Origin: Lingula anatina
Lineage: Eukaryota > Animalia > Brachiopoda
DNA: 64,000 bases
Assembly: GCA_051362555.1 (NCBI GenBank)
Contig: CM120643.1
Span: 8,122,001 to 8,186,000, forward strand
Direction of reading: 5' to 3'
In this document: piece after piece, positions 52,472 to 64,000 of the stretch
Numbering within the stretch: position 1 is the first letter of the stretch
Layout: each line of letters starts with the position of its first letter
The notes under the pieces: model-generated
Databases searched by the model: none
Seen by the model: only the letters and a program-made list of their open reading frames with translations
What the model was told of the DNA's origin: nothing
Position numbers and translations under genes: made by a program

Positions 52472-52725
52472 GCAAAGAATTGTTTTCCAACAAAATTTTC
52501 AAGACAGACTGAATTTTCAGGTTTTTATCGTCAGTGTGTTTGTAGAAAAGGCCACTGGTTTGTAAGAAGAGTGTACTGACCCAGACTTTCCCTCTACTGG
52601 GCATATAGGCAGGCAACCAGCTGAATGAGGGGCCGTAGCAATAGCAATAGCAATAGTCTGAATGTTCAATAGTCACTGTAGAACCCTCAGACCAATGAAT
52701 CCTCGATTAAAAACAGATGAAAATG

Positions 52726-52891
52726 CAGGCCCGTAGCCAGCAATTTCAAAAGGGGGGTTCTTTTTCTGAAAAAGTGGACCTTTTCCCATAAAAACTTCAT
52801 GTACCTAGATCAAATTTTACCCAGAGTGGACTTTTTCCCAGCAAAGGGGCTGTTCTTTTGACCCCCCCCCCCCCTCCCTGGCTACGGCCTG
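52726..52891 (+). mobile_element. hAT-type MITE family D with 5-bp TSD
   Basis: aaatg|caggcccgtagccag ... ctggctacggcctg|aaatg. Homologous to 60650-60832. Confidence 0.85.
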
Positions 52892-54084
52892 AAATGTTAT
52901 TCATTCTTTCTTTCTTTACAGGAACATACGGGCCCGACAACAGTGAAATAAAAACATACCTTTAACAAAGTGTGCCTTGAAAAACGTGCGAAGGTTCCTA
53001 AATTTTTATTTCAAATTTACAGATTTTTATAGAAACTCTAGCAGGCCTTTAGCAAGCTGGGTGATGCAATTTGTCAGGCTTTTACAGTTCAACTGCCACA
53101 AAAAGAGATTTTGGCAGCCCTGAAGAGTGACCCAGACGGTGCTCTCTGACCAGAGAGGTCAATTGACCACAGCTATGACCACAAGATGGGCTTGGCTGGA
53201 TAGACCATATATTAATCTCCATATGAAGGACTCTCACACTGCCCACTAAGTAGAAGATAAGATAATATTGTGTTTAATTCATTTGCTCTGTATGTTCCAT
53301 TCTGTTGGCAATTCTTGAAAAACATGAAACTTTAGATGGTTTAATTAGTCAATAACCAATTTTTTTTACAGTATTTTTTTTGTAAGATATTTTGATGGGG
53401 AACAGCCCATACCCTACAAATTTTTTTATCTTTTCATAATGTTTGTAAAATACAGAGAAGTTTTTAACTATCTTTGTAGCAGCATGCTGAATAAGTACTC
53501 TGTTAGCACTGACCGTGTACATTTAATATATTTTTTTACAGCAGAAAACTAGGAACCAAACTAAGGAATGAAACTACATGACGATGTATTAACCTCAGCA
53601 GCTGATCAAGGGGAACCTAAAACAAGAGTAAAAATGCTCCTTACAAAGTTCACTTCCTGGTACACAATACCCACATCAGTCTCCCGTCATGTGGGACGCA
53701 AAGACAGCCATTACCATGACAACCGTTCTGATAAGCTGTCTCCCAGGATCAAGTGCATGACATGCATTTTCTCTGCTTTTGTTCTGACAGAAGAAAAATG
53801 ATTGATAAAGTGGTTTTAAAGTGAACAGATGGTTTGTAAGACCATTATTATTATTATTATTATTATTATTTTACTGCCGACTATACTACGCCCTCAGTTT
53901 AACAAGCAGACCCTTTTTAGAACCATGTTTAACACTAAAACTTGTTTTGAAATACCATAGTCAGATGGGATTATAATTACTAATGCAGGTGCTCTGTGGT
54001 TGATGATTGCGACATCTTTTATCAAACAACATAACAGACAAGCCTCCTTTAGTACACGGTGACAACTAAAACCCAAAAAAACAT

Positions 54085-54265
54085 TCACAACAAAAATCAA
54101 GCGAAGAAAAAAATACCATCTATAACAAAAACCAATGAAGAAAAAAGATACCATTTATAACAAAAACCAACTGAAGAAAAAAATACCATCCATTACAAAA
54201 CACACAAAGAATAAAAAAAAAAAACATCCATAACAAAAACCAAATGAAAAAAAAAAAAAAAAAAA
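54085..54265. repeat. A-rich degenerate minisatellite (~33-35 bp period)
   Basis: gaagaaaaaa(a)ataccat..ataacaaaaaccaa repeated about 4 times. Confidence 0.7.
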
Positions 54266-55170
54266 ATTACAATAACAGACCACAAAGGTTAAAGATACAA
54301 CAAAGACATTTAACAAGAAGAGTTATATATCAGACTCTACATCAGAGAGGTAAAAACATCACCGGGGACAAATCGTTCATGGTGGTTAGTTCGAGTAATA
54401 ATAATGTCAGCCGACTCCACTCGCGTCAATCTCAAGGCTTCCCCAACAATCACCTTGTTATTGGACTAACAAATAATAACCTGAATGAATACACTCACAT
54501 CTTCACCGCAGACTTAATTTGACATGCAACCTCATATTACGAAACATGAATCAGCGAAAAATAACTTCAGTATAATCTATGGAGGCGAACCGAAAGACAA
54601 CGCATGCCCAACTTAACTTAATGGTCAGAAGAAAAGGAAGTGGATGCATCAAAGAATACTAAATTAAACTTGCAAATAACAGACTCAGAAAAAAAAGAAG
54701 AAAAGAAGTCTTTATTCTCTATTATGATGCTATAAACGCATTCAAGCCCCAACAAATTTGTCTATTGCATTGTCTAGAAGATAGTCTCCAAGACGACATA
54801 TGAGTCACAATCTCAATAACATTTCCTTTCAGTAACAACTTGAACTCTGTGTATTGATCAGTGAAGACCAAGAAACAAATCATTTATTCTAAGCTATGAG
54901 AAATGGGCACAATCAAAACCTACAATGAGAAAATATTCTCTAATGGCCTATTGATATGCCTTCCTCGTGGGACATGATAATTTAAAAATAATAAATTTGT
55001 GGGGAAATCCACAGCTTCCGATTGCGCTATGAAGGTTCTAGTAACGAGGTTGAAATCCTGAACATATTTTTAAAAAAATCTTTGTCCATTTTTGTATAAC
55101 CTGTTCATTCTTCTCACTAAAAATGGAGTTGTTTTAGTCTACATTATCCAGTGGATAAAATACATTTATT

Positions 55171-55228
55171 GTTCGAAACAGCTCGGTTATGCCAGACATC
55201 AATTTATGTAAGCTGCTACTGAATTGGA
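55171..55228 (+). repeat. Dispersed repeat family, truncated copy 3
   Basis: gttcgaaacagctcggttatgccagacatc...gctgctactgaattgga. Confidence 0.65.
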
Positions 55229-56255
55229 TTAACACACCACAAAGCAATCTTGGGCTTTAACAGTGGCAGCCATCATGGAAATTAACCCTTTCCAACTCTG
55301 TTCTGTCCAACTATAAGAGGTTAATGTCGTAGCAACAACAAGACGTCTCCTTAACTGTGCAAATAATTCAAAATGGCCTAGAAGCAGTTTCACTGACTCA
55401 TATTCAGGTGAATTAACCTGAGATAGTCCTGCAAAAATCAGAGGATGGGGGATATTTGTGTTAAGGATATGGAACTGAATAGTGCCTTGATGCATACATT
55501 AACAGTGGGGTCTAAAGTATATAGGAAAAAAAACCCAAGTGCCCTACATTTATATTATATATGTATGCCCGTATTCCATAAATTACTGAATTTTGTTATG
55601 TTTGGATTTCAACTAGGTTAGTCACAGTATCTAGTGTTTGAAGTAAACAACAGTTCGTCATCCTAAGACTCTTTTAATTGCCAGTAAAAGTTGCAATGTT
55701 TCTTTTTTGAAATTGTCATTAACTAAAATATTAGTTGCATTACTGGATCAACCAGTAGCAGCTCTCTCACGAAATAAAACCAATACTTTCCACGGCAAGT
55801 TCATCCATAGGGCACTTTATTTGAGTTAAATGGAAAAAATGCTGGCATCCATTACTAGTCTTCTGTACAAATTGAACTGAAATAATATCATTTTACACAG
55901 CAATGTCTGCAGAAATGTACATTCATCATGCAGTTATCTAGATGTAACGCTTTGTCTGTGATGGATTATTCTCATTGGTCATATCTGCGATAAGTTTTAA
56001 TCCATACCTGCACATGAGAGGGAATCGACGCAAACGACTAATTTCCCCAGCAAACCTATGGCCAATTTACATTTCCAATTTGTGAGCGAAACCCAAATTT
56101 GTCATGTAATCATTCTCATTTTCCTAATTGCTAGCTCCATAATGCTATACATCAATCAGGAATAAAAACAGACAAGAGAAAGAACCCTCGAGAACAGAGC
56201 ATGTAAGAGGCAACGGCAAACGCCACTTAATAAACACCTCATGCCATCTCTCTCT

Positions 56256-56430
56256 GGCCACATTCAGAACAGTGAACAAACTAGTCCACGGGTCAAATAT
56301 GGCGACCAACTTAAAAGCTTGCCATTTTATCTGCTAATAGACACTGAATAGATTCCCCGAGGAGAAGTATTCATGTGGATCGGCCATATTTGATCTGTGG
56401 ACTAGTTAGTCCACTGTTCTGAATGCGACC
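56256..56430. mobile_element. Palindromic MITE family C
   Basis: tct|ggccacattcagaacagtg ... cactgttctgaatgcgacc|tct (3-bp TSD). Confidence 0.85.
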
Positions 56431-57068
56431 TCTCTCTCTTCAATTTTTATTGCAGGGGTTTCTAGGATATGAAAAAAAAAAAAAAAAACATGAAAGTGAT
56501 AGGTTCAAAATTTTGATTTTTTTTCTCCTCTCCAGAGAAGCAGCATCAATTTCTGACTTAACTCATGATATCAAGAGAATTTCTTCAATTATCAAACCTA
56601 AAGAAGCCAATTTATCAAAATGATACCCTTTCTTTAAGGACCGTTTGAAATTAAAATGGGAAGCCTTATCACAAGGCAAAGAGGAAATTAAAGATAGGCA
56701 TAACATATCTATCCCACCGTCTGAATCGATGAATAACTCAAGCAAATGATTTTCAGTTCTACAAAACAATTCCTTATAAAAGAAAAAAGTGATCTCTCCT
56801 TTAGATGCTCAATGAGAGTTTTACAGCACTGTATGATCGATGTTTCAGGAAGCCGCCAAATGGAAAATGGCTGGTTAGATGATTATATGGAGCCAATCAT
56901 AACCAGCAGTGTCATTGCCTGAGCATGGTTTTAATATTCCCTTTAAAGATTATATATCCTCTTTAATATGCTGGTCCTGACATTTGTCAAACACACAGTC
57001 ACAATGTGTGCGATAGGACAGCACAGCTTTCACGAGGGAGTGGTGGTTGTGCAGAACTCCAGTCTTAA

Positions 57069-57240
57069 GGGACCATTCAATGTGAATTTTGTCAACCTAC
57101 TCCAGGCACTGAGAAGAATATACAAAAGCTGACGATTATACGAGTACGTTGGAGGCCTGTTACTCTGTTAATCTGATTGCAAGAGTCCCCCTGGAGTTGT
57201 GCAATGGCTAGGTTGACAAAATTTTTTTGTAAACAGTCCC
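57069..57240. mobile_element. Old PIF/Harbinger-like MITE
   Basis: taa|gggac...aattttgtcaaccta ... taggttgacaaaatt...gtccc|tta. Confidence 0.6.
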
Positions 57241-60200
57241 TTATTACATAATCACCCTAAGTATCTGGGAAACTATAACTGAGCTCATATGACTGTTCCC
57301 CGTGGATAATAAAGATGACCAACTCACTGAGATTTCAACTCACTTTCTTTTAAGAAAAATTAATGAGAATAAAAGAACCAAACACTAGTATCATTGAAAA
57401 GCTATTTTAAAAGAGTGCTTTCAGCTATTCATATGCACTCAGATATTCCTGCATCACAATATTCATAAATTATCAAAACGGCCTTCAAATTCAACAGGAA
57501 AACATGAACTGGCATTCACTTAAAACGTTTAAATGGGGTAACTCAGGGTGAGGCTGCACACCTGCTGGGAGTTGTTTTCAACCAGCCTTCCATTTCTATT
57601 GAATACACACACTACTTAAAAAGCCCATAAAATCTCACCAGTATCTGGAACAGCTATAAAAAGAACCACACGGCCCCAAACCAGCACATCCAACATCGCC
57701 ATCCCACATCCATGTTCATGGGCCCCCTGTCATTACCACGGGGCACTTGGGGCATGGATACAGAACACCTCCAAATGCTGAAGGTGACCTTTAGTAAAAT
57801 ACATGTGATTACCAGATTGTAGAGTGCCATTCAATAATACACACGTACAAGCTGTAAATATAATCCATACGCCCATGCAAAATAACCTGCATGGAAAACA
57901 CAGGGCGGTATTGATCCCACAGCTAACGGTACCTGTGCACAATGTGGCCTTTCTTTTCACAGCCAAACGGCTCTGTAGGGGGCATATTAATGCTGATCAT
58001 GCTAAAACGATTTTTTTTATCCGACTTGAATAATAAGTGCATTTTTGTGCTGTGTTCTCGAGGCTTTTGTTAGGTGATATTCAGCTGCTGATGTCAGCAC
58101 GTTCGTTTCTGATTCTTTGTCTGGGGTCATTCTGTAGCCATCCTTACCTACTGGAGAAGTGTCTTTTAAAAAAAGTATTTACTGATAACGTAGCAGCAAA
58201 GATGTCTTATAGCCATGAACTAGTTTCCTGAGCACCTGTATATCACCATTAAAACGACTTACATGCTGTTCTGCACATTTCATTCTATTTTGTCCCATTA
58301 TATTTGTCCCATTACATTCTATTCCAATAAGCCATAGGGCTTAAAGATTAAATAAATGAAATAACTTCTTTCAAATCCACAAAGCACCGATCTCTTTAAA
58401 AGCAACTCTCACAGCTGTCTGTACCATAGTAGAATTGGTAGAAGTACAACTACATAATGCGAGGGAATTGCAAATTTACATCTAAATACCATCCACATTA
58501 ACCAGCAAATATAACTGCACATAAAAAATGTGTTGATTCCAATTTTCCTGACAACATGATTTTATCATGTCAGTCAGTATCTGAATAGCTCCATGGCATA
58601 TATCTACAACTGATAACATGATGGAAGAGTGCCTCTATATTGAACCCATATATATACTGGAACAGTTGATAAAAACATGTCATCTACCACATTTTATTAT
58701 CATATAATATAGACTCAGAATGACTGATCCAAATTTCAGAAATTTCCTAACTTAAAATTAACAAATTTGGAAAAAACTTTTTAAAAATTTAAATTATTTT
58801 TTAAATATTTTATTAAAAATTCCACATTTCCACAATGTTTTGGCTAAAATACTAAGCCATTCAGACAAATCAAAATCTATCCAAAGTGAACAAAGAGGAT
58901 TATCTGCTTGTATAAATTATCTACTTAATATTATCTTGTCCACAAGGACTTATTTCATAATTCATAGCATAATTCATAGTCTGGACTTCATAACTACTCT
59001 ACTGCCTACATATTCTTTTCTTTTCTGGAGAAAAAAAAAGGCTCTTAATAATGGTTTTAAAAGAGGCATTTACTAAATATTTGCCCTATACTGGCTAGTC
59101 AAACATTTTTCTGCCTGCTCTACAGTAAACAGTGTGTGCATTTGTTAATATAGAAACGGTTAATGGATAACAAATACCAGGACAGGACTCCAGACCATAT
59201 CAGACACTGTTAGAAAGTCACGCTTTTATAAATCTCATTTACATTTATTCCCCTTCAATAAAGGTCTAGTAATAAAGTAGAAAAAAAGCCAACATATTTT
59301 GCTATGTTTGATAATTATGTTATTTCTTTAGTGACGATAGGGAGTCATTTGGACGACCCATGATAAGGGCTTCTTTTGGATGACCATATCATCTGATTTA
59401 AAGAAAATTAAAAAAGAATAAAGTAAACAGTTAAACATCCTATTTCCGTAATTATTGAGCAAATTGAAATCTAGTCTCTGATGGTTTTTCCAAATGGAAT
59501 TTCATCAATTTGACCTTAATTTGATTCTGATGGGCATCATTTCCCTACACAATTAAATATTTTTATTCTTTCATCAATATACTTTCAGAAGGAAAAGCCA
59601 CGCATTATTAACACATAAGTTTTAGATATTGTGCATTGCTTATGTCTTCACATAAATGAACAGAAAAATCCCCAAGAAATCTTGCTCAGAGTGGACTTCC
59701 ACTTCACCAACGAGCTCATAATCGTAAAGCAAAACCCAACTTCCATCACTTTCCTGATGACCAATTTCAACAAGCTATTAACACACATACAGGCGTCAGG
59801 AGTTCATAATTAGCCCATCCTACTCACCTCAATGAAACACCTCGTTTCACCATCAAACTCTGCACGCCTCAATCTCTGTCCACAAGATTGGGGTATGTCA
59901 AACGTACTACTACCAGGACTGGCAGAGGTAACTTTAACGCAGGGCTTTCAAAACTAGGTCATATTTGTTGTGTAAACAACGGTCTATACAGGGCCCTCAC
60001 AATGGAGTCCACAGAGCGTGAAATAGACCTATAATCCATAGAAATACCCCTTCCAGTGCAAACCTATACTGAATGTGCAATCAGTTGGTCCCCGCGAGAG
60101 CTAAATCAACACTTGTTAAGCAGGCCTCCCGAGTGGGGAAGATTTTCTGAAAAGAGTGTTCAACTTTTAGTATTGCTATGAAAACTGTAAGGTGCCCAAG

Positions 60201-60649
60201 GGTTTGACCTGTCCCCAAAATGTGAGAGTGCTGGTGATATTTCTCAAAACACCACGACAGTTTTCACCTGTTCCTTCACACGAGAGACAAAATGATATCA
60301 CAAATACAAGTTGGAAGAAGCCTATTTCACAATCAACACTGGAGAGATTTCTTATGTTCTCTTAAGTTTCTTTAAAGGCTTTTTAAAAGCTTTTATCAAG
60401 GCTTTTTATAAGCTTGTTTGTTAGCTTTTCTCCCATTTTTTTAATCTTCTGCAGCTGCCTGCTTAAATATGATAATAGCAGCTCCATGCTGCATGAGACC
60501 ATCCAAAAGGGCATAGGTCAAAGAAAATATGCCACTTTGTCATTGCCAAATATTTGAAAGGTCACTTTAGAATCAGTGTTCTGATATATATTATATATAT
60601 ATATTCTACCTCCAAAGGCTGGGCTTTTAAAATTGTTTGAGGATATATT

Positions 60650-60832
60650 CAGGCCCGTAGCCAGCAATTTCAGAAGGGGGGTTGTTTTCTGAAAAAGTGG
60701 ACCCTTTACCATAAAATCCTCAAGTACATAGATCAAATTGTACCCAGAGTGGACCTTTTCCCAACAAAAAGGGTGGTTCTTTCGAACCCCCGAATCCCCC
60801 CCCCCCCCCCCCCCCCCCCGGCTACGGGCCTG
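60650..60832 (+). mobile_element. hAT-type MITE family D, copy 2
   Basis: caggcccgtagcc ... ggctacgggcctg. Collinear with 52726-52891. Confidence 0.85.
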
Positions 60833-62758
60833 TATATACTTAAACAAAGCGGATGACACCATTATTCAAGATAATATTTGTTTCTTTAAATTGTGTTTCA
60901 CAACAATGCAGATAAATCTCTTGCAAGTTTCTCCCACATCAATATACCTTGGTTTCAACTTAGCATAAATGCTTTGTCATTTTACATACCATTCAGTTCC
61001 ATGTAGATACAATATCACAAATACATACAGTGTAGTATATCTTTCAATCTGCAACCAAATTCATCAACTCTTCAAACTAGGAGTCCTTCTTCCACAAGAG
61101 GAAACTACAACAAATGTTAATCTAACATGATATTTCTGACTTGGGAAGGGACAAGAGTAATTCATATATATTAAGTATATTATAAAACATGGAGGTGGCT
61201 TGGGTAAGAAGGCAAAAACATTCATAAAAGAGCTTCTCGTGGCTTCAAGTGAGCCAAACTTCCAAGTGTATTGATCTGGTAACATCGTGTACAATATATA
61301 CTAGTCTATGTGGAATCTACAAACATACATTAGTTCATAACTGCCACGTTTCATTGATTTTGGATGTCGGGAACTGTAATGGAAACAAGACAAACCCACA
61401 TATTAACCCTACGTTGACAGGGGCAGTCGACACAAATACAATGCTCGTCAAATAATTGTAGGTATAAATGGACCAACTTTGGCTTGCATAGAAGTATAGA
61501 TCATTAAGTAAATACCAGTCTTTAGTAACAGGGCTATTGTTTATTTGCTTTCCTTGTACCACGTAAGTTCATTTCTGATTGCTTACATAGCATGAACGTA
61601 AATGGAAGTTACACGGAGTTGCCAACATAACAGAGATCAAAATACAGTAATGACTAAATCCTTTCAAATTGGAGGGGGGGGGTCTGACTTTTTACAGACA
61701 CTGTATATTTCAAGTCTTAATTTCTTAAAATAAGAGCACTCCTATTGAGTGGTGGCAACAAAATTGAAAAGCAGACCACCTTATAGTTTTATTCCATGCA
61801 TTAAAAAGCACCGCAAATGATATACAAAAATATAATTTATATGGTTTTAACATGATGTATCTGAAAGTTTGATAATTTTTGCCCACTGAAAAGATCATTA
61901 CTGTACAAAGAGCTGCATAGGTCTAATGCTTTATAATTTAAACAATAGAATAATGCTTGTCAACAAAAAGAGTCTGTCCTAAATAATACATAGAATTCAT
62001 ATACTGTATATATCTGAACATGCTTTCTGATGTTGTGAGGCAACCAAGCTAACAGTGTTTAAAATATTGACCTTCAGTAATAAGTCTTCAGACAAATATT
62101 CACTTTGTTAACGTATCAGACTCTAGACAACCAGACATAACAAGTTACACAAGACCGATATTTATGGCTTTTTCTTGGGAAGTTTTCACAGTGGGAACCT
62201 GAACTGGGTATGCTGGTTCTATAAAGTACATGGCACAGGTCAAACTCTATATTATATGTTGTATTGCTTTGCAGTTGTGGATCGGAGAGAGCTGCAACAC
62301 TCACTCGTGATCGCCACTTGTGATCCTTGCCCTCTTTAGGCAAAAATTTGGTACAACCTTTGTATTAGAAAAAGAGTTTTGCTTCATTTTTTTTAAACCA
62401 AGTACTTTCATTTCACACAAACATAGGTCAGAAAGAAAAAAAAAACTTATAAAATTTTCATCTAATCCATGGGCTAGGAAAAAGAATCAAGATTTTATGC
62501 CAATTTTTCATTGCCAATTATGACTTCTTTCAATAGAAAACAAAACAAGACGGTCTGCCCCAATATAAGGTAAGTATAATTGCAACAGGCCCTAGCTAAA
62601 CTCACAACCCAATTAGAATCGTCATTTACTTTCTAATTTTCAGAGCATTGAATGCACCTTTCAGAAATACAAAAAATGAATATCATCCGACCTCCACAAG
62701 AGAAAATGAGACTTCATTACTCCTAAATGTGTGGGAAGCTTCTTGTTAGCTGCCAATC

Positions 62759-64000
62759 AAACTAGAGGATCAGAGAGGCGATACCGCCTCCGAATATTGT
62801 ACCACCAGCTGGAGCAAGCGCATTCGTATAGACCCCCACATACACAAAATAAGGGGTGCAGCCACCAGTCTTGTGCTTGACAAGCTGTAAAAATGCAATC
62901 AACAAGAATTTTCAAAATATGCAAAAAATATATATAACTAAAAATGGTGCAATCAAAGTTAAGTTCATTGTAAGGTAGGTCAAAGGTCAATTTCAAGGTC
63001 ACAGTAAATTGCCAGTATATGACTTCCTATCCAACTTCAATAGTAACTATGGACCTATCTCTGCCAGTTTTGGAGATAAAAGGGAAGCAAAATTTGCAAA
63101 GTTCAGTTCATGGTGAAAAGTAGGTCAAAGGTCAATTTCAAGGTCACAGTAAGATTGCCAGTATATGACTTCCTATTCAACTTCAATAGTAACTATGGAC
63201 CTATCTCTGCCAGTTTTGGAGATAAAAGGGAAGCAAAATTTGCAAAGTTCAGTTCATGGTGAAAAGTAGGTCAAAGGTCAATTTCAAGGTCACATTTAGA
63301 TTGCCAGTATATGACTTCCTATTCAACTTCAATAGTAACTATGGACTTATCTCTGCCAGTTTTGGAGATAAAAGGGAAGCAAAATTTGCAAAGTTCAGTT
63401 CATGGTGAAAAGAAGGTCAAAGGTCAATTTCAAGTTCACAGTAAAATTGCCAGTATATGACTTCCTATGCAAGTTCAATAGTAACTATGGACCTATCTCT
63501 GCCAGTTTTGGAGATAAAAGGGAAGCAAATTTTGCAAAGTTCAGTTCAAGGTGAAAAGTAGGTCAAAGGTCAATTTCAAGGTCACAGTAAAATTGCCAGT
63601 ATATGACTTCCTATTCAAGTTCAATAGTAACTATGGACCTATCTCTGCCAGTTTTGGAGATAAAAGGGAAGCAAAATTTGCAAAGTTCAGTTCATGGTGA
63701 TAAGTAGGTCAAAGGTCAATTTCAAGGTCACAGTAAGATTGCCAGTATATGATTTCCTATTCAACTTCAATAGTAACTATGGACCTATCTCTGCCAGTTT
63801 TGGAGATAAAAGGGAAGCAAAATTTGCAAAGTTCAGTTCATGGTGAAAAGTAGGTCAAAGGTCAATGTCAAGGTCACAGTAAGATTGCCAGTATATGACT
63901 TCCTATTCAACTTCAATAGTAACTATGGACCTATCTCTGCCAGTTTTGGAGATATAAGGGACTAAATGTTATAATTTTGGAGTTACCATAATGTGCCATA
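62759..64000 (+). mobile_element. Helentron/HINE-like non-autonomous element carrying a tandem array; probably continues past the window
   Basis: Starts aaactagag with a nearby hairpin gaggcg-atac-cgcctc (62775-62790). This is followed by a unique segment and then aggtcaaaggtca-rich tandem repeats. Confidence 0.6.
62976..63960. repeat. 146-bp tandem repeat, ~6.8 copies
   Basis: Unit starts at 62976, 63121, 63267, 63413, 63559, 63705 and 63851. Confidence 0.97.

Noticed and set aside
59821-59880. Strong minus-strand donor GAG|GTGAGT as a possible upstream exon of the gene
   Set aside because: No clear acceptor, start or homology. It cannot be supported without RNA data.

Overview
This is AT-rich, microsatellite-rich eukaryotic DNA, probably from an invertebrate animal (mollusc-like repeat landscape; inference). 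Positions ~1.6-45 kb hold one intron-rich minus-strand gene, an ANKRD11/ANKRD12 homolog. I rebuilt it by hand from 9 GT-AG exons whose splice phases all agree: about 1149 codons in the window, with the C-terminus continuing past position 1 and any 5'-UTR exons above 45 kb unresolved. It has the PLSERQQMALLMQMT motif, ankyrin repeats, a 2244-nt low-complexity polyQ exon, HPRKRK, and the start of the conserved C-terminal domain. Introns and upstream DNA carry many non-autonomous DNA transposons: palindromic PIF/Harbinger-type MITEs, CAG-terminated MITEs with 5-bp TSDs (hAT5-like, one nested), a TA-flanked Tc1/mariner-pogo-like element, a TTAA-flanked Kolobok-like element with two convergent gene starts, and a Helentron/HINE-like element with a 146-bp tandem array. 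There is also a 69-bp minisatellite and several local duplications. I found no CRISPR array, tRNA or rRNA, and no clearly novel biological system. The best leads are a possible newborn microexon, a NAGNAG that toggles a stop codon, the DR1-rich satellite and the Kolobok-like element. No database searches were run, so family names are pattern-based.
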